Of a stretch of DNA of 64,000 nt, positions 29,398 to 38,552 are shown piece after piece. The notes under the pieces were generated by a model. It saw nothing but the letters and a program-made list of their open reading frames with translations. It was not told the DNA's origin and ran no database searches. The position numbers and the translations under genes were made by a program. The DNA comes from an uncultured Acidobacteriota bacterium. GTDB lineage: Bacteria; Acidobacteriota; Blastocatellia; Pyrinomonadales; Pyrinomonadaceae. How positions within the stretch are numbered: the first letter of the stretch is position 1; every line of letters starts with the position of its first letter. The stretch is from positions 79,904-143,903 of the forward strand of contig CALMYB010000001.1 of the NCBI GenBank assembly GCA_937873515.1, written 5' to 3'.

Positions 29398-29548
29398 TGT
29401 CGGCGGCCGAGCCGCCTCCCGGGAATTTATTTTCCGTCCTAAACCACGCCGTAAACGACGTGGCTATGCGAATCCATTGTTGTCGGCGGCAAGCCGCCTC
29501 CGGGGAATGATCTTCTGCCCTGATCCACGGCATAAATGCCGTGGCAAT
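29398..29548. repeat. two tandem ~68-nt units, each with two hairpins
   Basis: Units span 29398..29467 and 29481..29548. Both begin TGTCGGCGGC..GCCGCCTCC and end in a 9-bp hairpin: CCACGCCGT-AA-ACGACGTGG versus CCACGGCAT-AA-ATGCCGTGG. Paired positions differ between units, but the stem is kept. Confidence 0.8.
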
Positions 29549-29719
29549 TCAAAGGCAATGCCCTTACTGAAATCCGGGCTTCCGCAATACTGACCGCCCA
29601 CTGCTCCCTCCACCCCGGCCTTCGGCCACCCCTCCTCGGGCAGGAGGGGAGCTGGCGGTTCTGACAGGCGGACGACGTGATGCGGACGGGGGCGTCCGCA
29701 TCTCCGGCGCGGGCGGTTC

Positions 29720-29768
29720 TGACCACTGACCACTGACCACTGATCACTGACCACTGATCACTGCCCAC
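29720..29768. repeat. heptanucleotide tandem array (TGACCAC/TGATCAC x7)
   Basis: Read directly from the sequence. Followed by TATGAAC, the same unit type as in the 27467 array. Confidence 0.95.
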
Positions 29769-29824
29769 TATGAACCATTTAGAGGATTTTGCGTATAATG
29801 CAGAGAAACTCAAAAATAAAACCT

Positions 29825-31351
29825 ATGAAAACTGCTCTTCTCTTGGCGCTTACTCTGCTTGTATCGGCCGGGGCCATCGCTCAGGCGCCTTCAGCAAAAC
29901 CTTCTGATGACAAGAAGCCTGAAGCCTCGAAGCTTCTCGATCCGCAGATGGACAAGCCACCGGTCGTCACGCATCATACATCGCGTGCGGGCGGCAAGAC
30001 CTTGACATACACGACGACGACCGGCTTTATGCCGATCAAGAATCCGCAGACCGGCGAGACGGAGGCTCACATCTTCTATATGGCCTACACGCTCGATAAT
30101 CCGCCGGCGAATCGTCCGCTGATGTTCTCATTCAACGGCGGGCCGGGTTCGGCGAGCGTTTGGCTGCACCTCGGAGCTCTTGGCCCCAGGCGCGTGAAGA
30201 TGCTCGATGACGGGATGTATCCGCCGCCGCCTTTTGAAATGGAGGACAATGCCGAAACCTGGCTTGCGGACACTGACCTCGTATTCATCGATCCCGTCGG
30301 AACTGGATATTCGCGTCCGACAAAGCAGGAATTCGGTCAGAAGTTCTTCGGACTTCGCGGAGACATCGCTTCGGTCGGTGAATTTATCAGGCTCTATCTC
30401 GGCCAGAATGAACGCTGGATGTCGCCGCTTTTCCTGGTCGGCGAAAGCTATGGCACGACGAGGGCCTCGGGGCTTTCGAACTGGCTCTTTGATCACGGGA
30501 TCGCGTTGAACGGCATCGCCCTCATTTCGACCGTGATGAACTTTCAGACGCTGGATTTCGCAAGCAACAACGATCTGCCGCTCGTTCTCATCCTGCCGAG
30601 TTACGCGACGACGGCCTGGTACCACAAAAGGCTTTCACCGGCTTTGCAGGCGAAATCCGTCGCTCAAGTCGCCGAGGAGGCACGGCAGTTCGCAGCGAAT
30701 GAGTATATGCCCGCGATGCTGCGCATCGACCGTCTCACGTCCGGTGAACGCGATGCCCTTGCGGACAAATTCGCATCTCTCACAGGACTCACGCGGGATT
30801 TTGTCGAGCGGAATAATTTCCGTGTAGAGCTCGGTGAATTCAACAAAGAGCTGCTTCGCGATCAGCGACGTTCGACCGGCCGTCTCGACAGCCGATTCAC
30901 CGGTATCGACAGCGATGCCGCAGGCGACGGCCCGGACCGCGACCCTTCGATGAGCGCGATCCGTCCCCCGTACACCGCCGCATTCAATGATTACGTGCGT
31001 CGCGATCTCGGGTTCAAGTCCGATATGGAATATTACATCCTGGGCGGAGGCGTCGGCCGCTGGGATTTCAGCAGCGATAACGCATATGCGGATACGAGCA
31101 GTGCCCTTCGTTCGGCAATGGCGAAGAATCCGTATATGAAGATAATGATCGCCGCCGGGTATTACGATATGGCGACGCCATTCTATGCCGCGGAATATAC
31201 GGTCTCGGCGATGAATCTGGATCCGAGCCTTCGGAAGAATATCAGCTTCGACTACTACGATTCAGGCCATATGATGTACATCGATGTGCCGTCGCTGATG
31301 AAACTCCACAGCGATGCTTCGGCGTTCATTTCCGGGTCGATGAAGAAGTAG
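29825..31351 (+). CDS. serine carboxypeptidase (peptidase S10 family), secreted
   Basis: Signal peptide MKTALLLALTLLVSAGAIAQA, NGGPGSAS, active-site GESYGT. The ORF opens at 29789, but TATAAT at 29794..29799 favours ATG 29825. Confidence 0.85.
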   Translation: MKTALLLALTLLVSAGAIAQAPSAKPSDDKKPEASKLLDPQMDKPPVVTHHTSRAGGKTLTYTTTTGFMPIKNPQTGETEAHIFYMAYTLDNPPANRPLMFSFNGGPGSASVWLHLGALGPRRVKMLDDGMYPPPPFEMEDNAETWLADTDLVFIDPVGTGYSRPTKQEFGQKFFGLRGDIASVGEFIRLYLGQNERWMSPLFLVGESYGTTRASGLSNWLFDHGIALNGIALISTVMNFQTLDFASNNDLPLVLILPSYATTAWYHKRLSPALQAKSVAQVAEEARQFAANEYMPAMLRIDRLTSGERDALADKFASLTGLTRDFVERNNFRVELGEFNKELLRDQRRSTGRLDSRFTGIDSDAAGDGPDRDPSMSAIRPPYTAAFNDYVRRDLGFKSDMEYYILGGGVGRWDFSSDNAYADTSSALRSAMAKNPYMKIMIAAGYYDMATPFYAAEYTVSAMNLDPSLRKNISFDYYDSGHMMYIDVPSLMKLHSDASAFISGSMKK

Positions 31352-31357
31352 CGAGGA

Positions 31358-31825
31358 TCAATGCTCGGTCCGGCCGCGAAGAAGCTCGACAGCGTGCTTT
31401 AGAACCGGCCGGATCACCTCAAAGCATTCTTCAACGGCCTTTGGCTTGCCGGGCATATTCACGATCAAGGTATTCCCTGCAATGCCGCTCACGGCACGCG
31501 AAAGCATCGCGAACGGCGTATGCTTTGCAGTTTCACGACGCATGGCCTCGGCAATCCCCGGAGCTTCGCGTTCGATCACTGACCGAGTCGCTTCCGGCGT
31601 GTTATCGCGAGCGGCAAAGCCAGTTCCGCCGGTCGTGAAGACGCAATCGACGTCAGGAGAGGCAACATATTCACGGAGTTTCGAGGCGATCAAATCGAGA
31701 TCGTCAGAGACCAACTCCCGCGAGGCGATCTCTCCGATCTCTGCGGCAAGCTCCGTAAGTCGATCGCCGGAAGGATCGTTCGCAAGTTCGCGTGTGTCGC
31801 TAATGGTTAGGATGGCGAATTTCAT
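31358..31825 (-). CDS. molybdenum cofactor biosynthesis protein B / MogA family
   Basis: ATG 31825 gives MKFAILTISDTRE; TTGGTG motif. The ORF track's longer form (to 31936) overlaps the upstream gene. Confidence 0.8.
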   Translation of the reverse strand: MKFAILTISDTRELANDPSGDRLTELAAEIGEIASRELVSDDLDLIASKLREYVASPDVDCVFTTGGTGFAARDNTPEATRSVIEREAPGIAEAMRRETAKHTPFAMLSRAVSGIAGNTLIVNMPGKPKAVEECFEVIRPVLKHAVELLRGRTEH

Positions 31826-31835
31826 ATGGCCCATT

Positions 31836-32726
31836 TTACGCGGCCGTCGCCTCGACATCTTCGACGCGGCGTTCGAGCCGGCGGCTGTTGAAAACACTCG
31901 CAAGAACGCCTGCGACGACGAGCAGCATTCCGCCAAGCGTCAACAAGCTTTGGCTTTCGCCAAAGACGGCCCAGCCGACCACGACGGCGTAAACGAGGCC
32001 GGAATATATGACGATCGCGACGCCTGCAACTTTCTCGCGTTGAAGGGCGTCGGTCAAGTAGATCTGACCAAGCTGCGAAAATATGCCAAGGCCGAGCAGC
32101 CAAAGCCAGTCCCATCCCGTCGGCTGTACCCAATCGAAGAGAACCGCAATGAAGCCTGCGATAGCACCGATAAACTGGAAATGGAACACGATCGTCAGAC
32201 GATGTTCCTGGCCTGTCATTCGACGCACAAGATTGTACGCCACGCCGGAGCAGAACGCGGAAAACACTCCGAGCAGAACGTAGAACGGTTCGACGCGATG
32301 ATCGACCCTTTGGATCAGCAGCACGCCCGCGAATGCGACCGCGTAGAAGATCCATTGCGTGCGGCCGAGCTTTTCTCCAAGGATAACGATGGCAAGCACG
32401 GCACTAAAGATCGGCGAAACGTATTGCAGTGTTTGTGCCGTTGCCAGCGGAATGTGATGAAGCGTTTCAAAGAACGTGAACAAGGCGATCGTGCCGAAAA
32501 TGCCGCGAAGGGCGAGGATCAAATGGTTCGAGCCGATCACGCTCGCCTTCGCGCGATGAAGGCCGATCAGGCACAGGACCGATGCGATCGTGCAGCGGAA
32601 AAAGACGGCTTCCATCGCCGGCAGATGGCTTACTTCCTTTACAAAGACATTTGCCACAAAAAAGAACGCGGTCGAAAGAAACATCGACCGCACTCCGTGT
32701 GTTATGAATCTGTTGCCGTCAGCCAT
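31836..32726 (-). CDS. EamA/DMT family transporter
   Basis: About 10 TM helices in two EamA halves. ATG 32726 (MADGN...) overlaps the upstream stop as TGATG. Confidence 0.8.
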   Translation of the reverse strand: MADGNRFITHGVRSMFLSTAFFFVANVFVKEVSHLPAMEAVFFRCTIASVLCLIGLHRAKASVIGSNHLILALRGIFGTIALFTFFETLHHIPLATAQTLQYVSPIFSAVLAIVILGEKLGRTQWIFYAVAFAGVLLIQRVDHRVEPFYVLLGVFSAFCSGVAYNLVRRMTGQEHRLTIVFHFQFIGAIAGFIAVLFDWVQPTGWDWLWLLGLGIFSQLGQIYLTDALQREKVAGVAIVIYSGLVYAVVVGWAVFGESQSLLTLGGMLLVVAGVLASVFNSRRLERRVEDVEATAA

Positions 32727-32890
32727 CAGCTTTCTTTTGATGCCCTGCCGCTCTTGCTCGCGCCGCAGCCGCAATCCGCCTCGCACTCGTCGTCGCTTAC
32801 GGTGAACGCCTTCTTTTGGGCGATACCACGCCTAACCAGAAGAAGGCCCGCACCCGCAACGATCAATAATACGACAATTAGCTGCCACAT
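32726..32890 (-). CDS. FeoB-associated Cys-rich membrane protein
   Basis: 54 aa: MWQLIVVLLIVAGAGLLLVRRG...ECEADCGCG. One TM helix plus a Cys cluster immediately after feoB is the classic arrangement of this family. In the ORF track it is hidden inside a longer 119-aa ORF. Confidence 0.7.
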   Translation of the reverse strand: MWQLIVVLLIVAGAGLLLVRRGIAQKKAFTVSDDECEADCGCGASKSGRASKES

Positions 32891-34878
32891 CACCCGTACC
32901 CCAACAATCGGCCGCCTTGATAGGTCAAAAATGCTGCCGCGTATGCGATCACCGTCATATAGCCGAACATGAACAACGGCCACGACCACGAATTCGTTTC
33001 GCGTCGGACGACCGCCAACGTTGACATGCACTGCATCGCGAGAACGAAAAAGACCATCAGCGTCAACGCAGTCAGCGGCGTCCAAACCGGCCGCCCGTCG
33101 TCGCGTTTAGCATCGCGGAGCGCCGAAACGAGCGTGGTCGATTCCGCGTCGGCATCCTTGCCAACATTGTAGATGATGCTGAGCGTCGAAACCAGAACTT
33201 CGCGGGCCGCAAAACTTGCGATCAAGGCAACGCCGATCTTCCAATCAAACCCGAGCGGCTGAATTACGGGCTCGATCGTGTGGCCGAGCTTTCCCGCGAA
33301 ACTATGCTTGAGCTGCTCGCTTTCTTTGACGACGTCCTCAGCGGGCGCAGGCTCACCGTTTGCCTCGATGGTTTGTGCCGTCTCACTTGCAGAAGGCTGC
33401 GTCGGGGCAAGATCTCTCGGGAAATACATCAAGGCCCAAAGCAGGATCGAGATCGCAAGGATCACCGTGCCCGCACGCTTCAAAAAGAGCCAGGCGCGCG
33501 TGAGCATATTTTGGAGTACCGTTCGAAGGTTAGGCAGGCGATAGTCCGGCAGTTCCATTAGGAACGGCGGCGGCGGAGCTTTGAGAACCGTGCGTTTCAA
33601 GATGAATGCGACGACAACGGCGACCACGATACCAAGCGCGTACATCGTCAGCATGAGAACGGCGGCAACGGAAATGAATCCGAAGATCGTCTGCCCTGCG
33701 AAGAAAGCCGCGATCATCAGCGTATAGACAGGCAGACGCGCAGAACACGACATAAACGGAGCGACCATGATAGTTGCGAACCGGTCGCGTCGATTCTCGA
33801 TCGTACGCGTCGCCATAATGCCGGGAATTGCACACGCGAAGCTGCTGACGAGCGGCAAAAAGGCCTTTCCGTGAAGGCCGACCTTGCTCATCAGTTTATC
33901 CATCAGGAACGCCGCACGGGCCATATATCCCGTGTCTTCAAGGATCGAGATGAACAAAAAGAGCAGTAGGATCTGCGGCAAGAAGACGACAACACCGCCG
34001 ACTCCGGCAATGATGCCGTCACTTATAAGATCCGTGAGAATGCCCGGCGGCATATTCTCTTTGACAACGGCGCTTAGCCCGCCAAATCCCTGCTCAAGCA
34101 GATCCATCGGCACGGTTGCCCAGGAAAAGATTGCCTGGAAAACAATGAGCAATACTGCGACTAGAATCAGAAGCCCGAAGAACTTGTGGGTCAAGATCTT
34201 GTCGATCTTGTGTGATATGCGGAGCCTTGACGTGTCGTTGTGCCGCGTGGATTCCTGCACCGCCTTAGCGATAAAACTGTATCTCGCAAATATCTTCGCG
34301 TGCGGGCCCGACGTTTCGTCGGCATCATCAAAGACGGGAGCCTTGCTATCGCTTTGTTCCGAGGCCTTGCGGACCTCCTGGGCGAGTTCCTTAATGCCGC
34401 GGCCGGTCTTGGCATTGATCGCGACGACCGGCGTCTTGAGCATCCGGGCAAGCTTTTCGACATTGATCTGATGATCGAGCTTCTCGAAAACGTCGATCAT
34501 CGTCAGAGCTACGACGACAGGGATCTTGAAGCCAAAAAGCTGCGTAACGACGTAGAGGTTGCGTTCGAGATTTGTTGCGTCAACGACCGCGACGACGACG
34601 TCAGGGCGTTTTACGCCTTTCTGTTCGCCGGTGATGACGCTGCGTGCGATCTGTTCGTCAAGCGAGGTGGCATCGAGGCTGTAAAGCCCCGGAAGGTCGA
34701 TCAGATCCGCTGCGTTTCCGTTCAACTGCCAGCGGCCGGTCTTTCTCTCGACCGTAACGCCGGGATAATTTGCGACCTTCTGCTTCAGGCCCGTGAGTGC
34801 ATTGAAAAGGGTTGTCTTGCCCGCGTTCGGATTGCCCGCGAGCGCAATCGTGAGGCTGTGGGCAGCTGAATTTGCCAT
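32890..34878 (-). CDS. feoB: ferrous iron transporter FeoB
   Basis: N-terminal G domain GNPNAGKTTLFNALTG, DLPG, then a polytopic membrane domain. 662 aa. Confidence 0.95.
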   Translation of the reverse strand: MANSAAHSLTIALAGNPNAGKTTLFNALTGLKQKVANYPGVTVERKTGRWQLNGNAADLIDLPGLYSLDATSLDEQIARSVITGEQKGVKRPDVVVAVVDATNLERNLYVVTQLFGFKIPVVVALTMIDVFEKLDHQINVEKLARMLKTPVVAINAKTGRGIKELAQEVRKASEQSDSKAPVFDDADETSGPHAKIFARYSFIAKAVQESTRHNDTSRLRISHKIDKILTHKFFGLLILVAVLLIVFQAIFSWATVPMDLLEQGFGGLSAVVKENMPPGILTDLISDGIIAGVGGVVVFLPQILLLFLFISILEDTGYMARAAFLMDKLMSKVGLHGKAFLPLVSSFACAIPGIMATRTIENRRDRFATIMVAPFMSCSARLPVYTLMIAAFFAGQTIFGFISVAAVLMLTMYALGIVVAVVVAFILKRTVLKAPPPPFLMELPDYRLPNLRTVLQNMLTRAWLFLKRAGTVILAISILLWALMYFPRDLAPTQPSASETAQTIEANGEPAPAEDVVKESEQLKHSFAGKLGHTIEPVIQPLGFDWKIGVALIASFAAREVLVSTLSIIYNVGKDADAESTTLVSALRDAKRDDGRPVWTPLTALTLMVFFVLAMQCMSTLAVVRRETNSWSWPLFMFGYMTVIAYAAAFLTYQGGRLLGYG

Positions 34879-34896
34879 CGAACTATACCCGTTTTC

Positions 34897-35151
34897 TTAG
34901 AGAGTCACCTCGATAGCTGCGGCTTCGCTGCGTCGCATCGCGAGACTATAACCGCGGACACTGACCTCGATCGGGTCATCGAATGGAGCTGATTTTATAA
35001 GTTGGACGAGGACACCAGGAATTATGCCCATTTCGAGGATGCGGCGCGTTATCCGTGAATCGCCGTTAACTGCCGTCACTCGGCCTGACGCACCGATCGG
35101 AAGAGTGTTCAATGTGGTCTGCTCAGTCATTTTGCGTTGATTCTCGCTCAA
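34897..35151 (-). CDS. feoA: ferrous iron transport protein FeoA
   Basis: 84 aa, SH3-like FeoA pattern (RILEMGIIPGVLVQLI..AP..DPIEV). Directly upstream of feoB. Confidence 0.9.
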   Translation of the reverse strand: MSENQRKMTEQTTLNTLPIGASGRVTAVNGDSRITRRILEMGIIPGVLVQLIKSAPFDDPIEVSVRGYSLAMRRSEAAAIEVTL

Positions 35152-35173
35152 TATTCCAATTCAAGAATATATC

Positions 35174-35198
35174 GCAATTGAAAGTGATTTTCAATTGC
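35174..35198. promoter_or_regulatory. Fur-box-like palindromic operator upstream of feoA
   Basis: GCAATTGAAA-GTGAT-TTTCAATTGC, with perfect 10-bp arms. The inner TGAAAGT-G-ATTTTCA fits the 7-1-7 Fur-box geometry. It lies 23-47 nt upstream of the feoA ORF start. Confidence 0.5.
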
Positions 35199-35249
35199 AA
35201 AATACGACCTTGCGATGAAATTCTCCTGATTTCCTTTATATCAGAACAT

Positions 35250-36752
35250 TTACGGCAGGCTATTCGATTCAGAAACCAGGTCAGCCTGGAAGCCGCCGAT
35301 ACTGAACCGTAAGGGCGTTCTGGCCGCTCCCATCGAGAGCCAGATCTTGAAGCCAAGCTGATCTACCGCGGGATCGCTTGTAACAATGGTGATCAGTTGA
35401 GCTTCGACCTTCTTTTCACCGAGCGTGAGCATCTCCGGCCGCGATGGACGAAGCGAAAAGATATGCACTTTATCCCGCCAGAACACCGCGACGCGCGTGT
35501 CATTCACCGGATTCGACGCTTCCCTGCTTGGTATAAGGTTAAAAGACCTCATTGCATAGATGAGCGAAAGAATTGAATGTACGCCGACCGGGCCTTCGGC
35601 TCTATTGGGCCCAAAGGTCACGACTCCGGTCCTCTGATCAAAAGCCGCATTCTGCGAATACGGTGCCAACTGCTTGGACAAGTGTGCGCTAAATGTATTC
35701 GGGCCTAGGCTCTCGGGGCTTACATTAGCGATCATCCCATCGCCGAGAGAGAAGGGTGAGTTCGCTCCGTCAACGCCCGTCACTTTGGCTTCGAGCACCA
35801 GCGTATCTTGAACGCCTACAAGTTTTCGTTCCGGTACACCAAGCGAAAAACTGCCGACCGACCGACCTGCGTTCGTCACCTGGTAATTCAAGCTTTCGCC
35901 AAGCCGAAACTTGAGTTCGGAAAGCAGGGGCTGGTTTGGGATGTATGGAGTTGGCGACGGCGTCGGCCGTACGACAGGCTTTTGTGGCGTCGGCACGACG
36001 AACGGCGTTGGAGTTGGTGTTGGGTCCACCGTCGAGCCCGTCTGTTTTTCGACCGAATATGACGCAAGCGTACCGCGGAAGGTTCCATTCCGCGACTTGA
36101 ATTCAAAGGCCACGGGTATCTTTTCGTCAGTATTCGAGAGCCAGAGCCTGACGTTCTTTAATCCACGCGAGTCAAAATACGGACTCGAAACGCGTACGCT
36201 CGTCGTTTCGAAAGTACCCTGGTCGGTCGTCACCTTCTGTGTACCTTCCGGCAAGAACGTGATAGTTGATCCTTCGCCGTCTTCCGCAAAAGGAAAGCTT
36301 CCGCTCCCGTTCGCCTCGCGCGCTTTGAAAAGAGCGGCAAAGAGGTCGAACGGTGCAGTTGAGGCCTTTGTATTGTCGATATCGATCTGATTTGCCGAAA
36401 CTCCGCCGTCCAGTACGCGTTTTATCAGTAACGGACGACCGTCGTCGATCGCCACGTAGACGGTTCGAGTTTCATCTACCAATACGATCGCGGCGCTCAC
36501 GAAGCCTTCGGTCTTGATCCGCCCGACTATCTCAACGACATCTTGACCCGCGATCTTTCCGCGCGAAGCGACGTTCGTCTCAACGAAAGCGACATTCTTG
36601 AATTTGTCCAGCGAAACGTTGTAGGAAATATGTTCGCCGATGCGAAACGAGCCGGCGGTCGGCACGGTTTGAGCAAAGGTGATCGTTCCAAAAAACCCGA
36701 CCGCGAGGCCGAGTGTCAAAAAGGTCGGAATGAGAGCGAGTTTCTTCATCAA
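35250..36752 (-). CDS. hypothetical secreted protein (two beta-rich halves joined by a Pro/Thr-rich linker)
   Basis: Signal peptide and central PTPTPTPFVVPTPQKPVVRPTPSPTPYIP linker. The halves may be DUF3108-like, but I cannot confirm this. Confidence 0.55.
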   Translation of the reverse strand: MMKKLALIPTFLTLGLAVGFFGTITFAQTVPTAGSFRIGEHISYNVSLDKFKNVAFVETNVASRGKIAGQDVVEIVGRIKTEGFVSAAIVLVDETRTVYVAIDDGRPLLIKRVLDGGVSANQIDIDNTKASTAPFDLFAALFKAREANGSGSFPFAEDGEGSTITFLPEGTQKVTTDQGTFETTSVRVSSPYFDSRGLKNVRLWLSNTDEKIPVAFEFKSRNGTFRGTLASYSVEKQTGSTVDPTPTPTPFVVPTPQKPVVRPTPSPTPYIPNQPLLSELKFRLGESLNYQVTNAGRSVGSFSLGVPERKLVGVQDTLVLEAKVTGVDGANSPFSLGDGMIANVSPESLGPNTFSAHLSKQLAPYSQNAAFDQRTGVVTFGPNRAEGPVGVHSILSLIYAMRSFNLIPSREASNPVNDTRVAVFWRDKVHIFSLRPSRPEMLTLGEKKVEAQLITIVTSDPAVDQLGFKIWLSMGAARTPLRFSIGGFQADLVSESNSLP

Positions 36753-36762
36753 AACGGTAAAG

Positions 36763-37497
36763 TTAGGCGGTCAAAGCCGCTAATGCCGCACGTCGATCCC
36801 TTTCGGCAGTGATCGGTCGGCCGACGACAGCGTAGCTCGCGCCTGAGTTAAGGGCTTCCCTAAACGTCATCACACGCTTCTGGTCGTCGATCGTTCCGCC
36901 TTTTGGCCGAATTCCCGGCGTAACGGTAACAAATTCCACGCCGATGGCTGATCTGATCGCAGAGGCTTCGCATGCAGAGGCGACGACACCGTCGAGCCCT
37001 GAGGATGCAGCTAGCTTCGCCATTCGCAGTACGTACTCTTCGGCCGTTCCGTCGAATCCAAGCTCCTTTAGATGCTCCTCACCGCTGCTCGTAAGAAGCG
37101 TAACGCCGATCAGCAAAGGCCGCTCAAGCCCTTCCTTTGAGCAAACATTTTCGACCGCAAGCCGGGCGGTTTCAAGTGCTTCGCGACCCGCGGATGCATG
37201 GAAGTTCATCATCCAGACGCCAAGCCGAGCCGCAGATACCGCGGCCATCGCGGTAGTCTTCGGGATGTCGTGAAACTTTAGGTCGAGAAAGACTCTCTCA
37301 CCCCGCTCGACGAGATCAGATACTAACGCGGGCCCCTCGGCCGTGAATAATTGAAGCCCGACCTTAAACGCAAAGACCTCACCTGATAGCTCACTGACGA
37401 TATCGAGAGCTTCGCCCGCATTCGGCGTATCAAGTGCAAGGATCAGACGTTCTCTTGCCGAAGGCTGTTGGCCGGTTGAAGGTAAGGTTGGGGGCAT
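36763..37497 (-). CDS. pyrF: orotidine 5'-phosphate decarboxylase
   Basis: LILALD..., FLDLKFHDIPKT and VVGRPI motifs. Confidence 0.9.
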   Translation of the reverse strand: MPPTLPSTGQQPSARERLILALDTPNAGEALDIVSELSGEVFAFKVGLQLFTAEGPALVSDLVERGERVFLDLKFHDIPKTTAMAAVSAARLGVWMMNFHASAGREALETARLAVENVCSKEGLERPLLIGVTLLTSSGEEHLKELGFDGTAEEYVLRMAKLAASSGLDGVVASACEASAIRSAIGVEFVTVTPGIRPKGGTIDDQKRVMTFREALNSGASYAVVGRPITAERDRRAALAALTA

Positions 37498-37501
37498 TTG
37501 T

Positions 37502-37789
37502 TCAGTCGAGATCGAGCGGATTCTTATATGGTGTGCCGTCGTCGGTCCCGGCCCGTTTCATCGCTTCTTTGAACTTCTCTTCGAGCAAGCGTTCACGATC
37601 TTTCATCGAAGACATCTCCTGCGAAAAGATCTGGTCACGCAGTTCCTTTTGCTTGCTAAGTCCTTCTTTTAGTTCATCGAAGGACGCCGTCGCCTTCTTC
37701 TTTTCTTCGTGAGCAAGGATCGCGCCGGTCGTCGAATCGATCGTGAGGGTCGCTTCGCAGCAAGGGCAAATTACCGTCAGTTTATCCAT
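37502..37789 (-). CDS. hypothetical small protein with N-terminal CxxC knuckle
   Basis: 95 aa, MDKLTVICPCCEATLTID, then a charged helical tail. Confidence 0.5.
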   Translation of the reverse strand: MDKLTVICPCCEATLTIDSTTGAILAHEEKKKATASFDELKEGLSKQKELRDQIFSQEMSSMKDRERLLEEKFKEAMKRAGTDDGTPYKNPLDLD

Positions 37790-37794
37790 AGAAC

Positions 37795-38394
37795 CTACTT
37801 CACCGGCTTTGCGCCGGTCGAATTTCGCTCCGGAGTTCGCTTCGGAGTGATGCCCGCCATCTCTATCAATGCGGCCGCAGACGGCGTACCGATCTGCTTG
37901 ACCTGGTCGGCCGGCAGCTTTATGCTTTTCCCGTTTTTCAGAACAAGCCGAACCGTCCGCTCGCGTCCCTTTGTATGGATCTCAAGCGTATTCAAATATT
38001 CATTGCCTGAAAAGACGCGCCGCTCAAGTATCGATCCGTCCTTCAGCATTTCGCTCGACACGGCAGAATTGTCACTTGCCCCGACCGTGGGAGGTTTCGA
38101 GCCGGGCGGAGGCGGCGGCCCTTCAACGATCGTGCGGCCGCGGTTGACGGCTTCGACAGGCCCCGCCGGCTGTGAATTCACATCGGAGGAAACAGCGTTC
38201 GGATCAGTCGGGATTCCCGCCATATTCGGACCGGCGGACGGACCCGAATTCGAATTGGCGTTCGAAACCACACTCGGCGCGGAGTTTGAGTTCGCGTACC
38301 CGTTCTGCGACGAGTTAGTTGTCGAACCCGGATCCGGCGCCGACCCGCAAGTTCCAAACATGATACAGGTCAAAATAACACTGAGATACTTCAT
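37795..38394 (-). CDS. hypothetical lipoprotein
   Basis: ATG 38394 gives MKYLSVILTCIMFGTCGS (lipobox-like FGTC), a low-complexity Asn/Ser/Pro region and a globular C-terminus. Confidence 0.6.
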   Translation of the reverse strand: MKYLSVILTCIMFGTCGSAPDPGSTTNSSQNGYANSNSAPSVVSNANSNSGPSAGPNMAGIPTDPNAVSSDVNSQPAGPVEAVNRGRTIVEGPPPPPGSKPPTVGASDNSAVSSEMLKDGSILERRVFSGNEYLNTLEIHTKGRERTVRLVLKNGKSIKLPADQVKQIGTPSAAALIEMAGITPKRTPERNSTGAKPVK

Positions 38395-38490
38395 TTGCTT
38401 ATCGATGAGAAACCGAGCGCATTCTCGTGGCCTTTCTTCCCGCTTCAATAATACCGAATTTTGTCATTTTCATGTAAGGCTGATGTTTCG

Positions 38491-38527
38491 CGCAAAAAAA
38501 GCGCGTGACCAAAGGATCATGCGCTTT
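38491..38527 (-). terminator. rho-independent terminator candidate after glnA
   Basis: On the minus strand, AAAGCGC-16 nt-GCGCTTT continues into a T7 run. Confidence 0.45.
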
Positions 38528-38552
38528 GATGGAAAATAGGCGGCGAAAACGT

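Noticed and set aside
27467-29768. Possible CRISPR array
   Set aside because: The repeat units are 7-9 nt and contiguous, or 68 nt in only two copies. There are no unique spacers of regular length, and no cas genes lie anywhere in the window.
31446-32972. 508-aa plus-strand ORF
   Set aside because: It is entirely antisense to three well-supported minus-strand genes (moaB-like, EamA transporter, Cys-rich peptide). The product is Arg/Ala/Ser-rich with no recognisable motif. This is a typical GC-driven shadow ORF.
33884-34869. Plus-strand ORFs of 195 and 209 aa inside feoB
   Set aside because: Antisense to feoB, which is unambiguous.
37709-38539. 276-aa plus-strand ORF
   Set aside because: Antisense to the lipoprotein gene and the small CxxC gene, with a low-complexity product.
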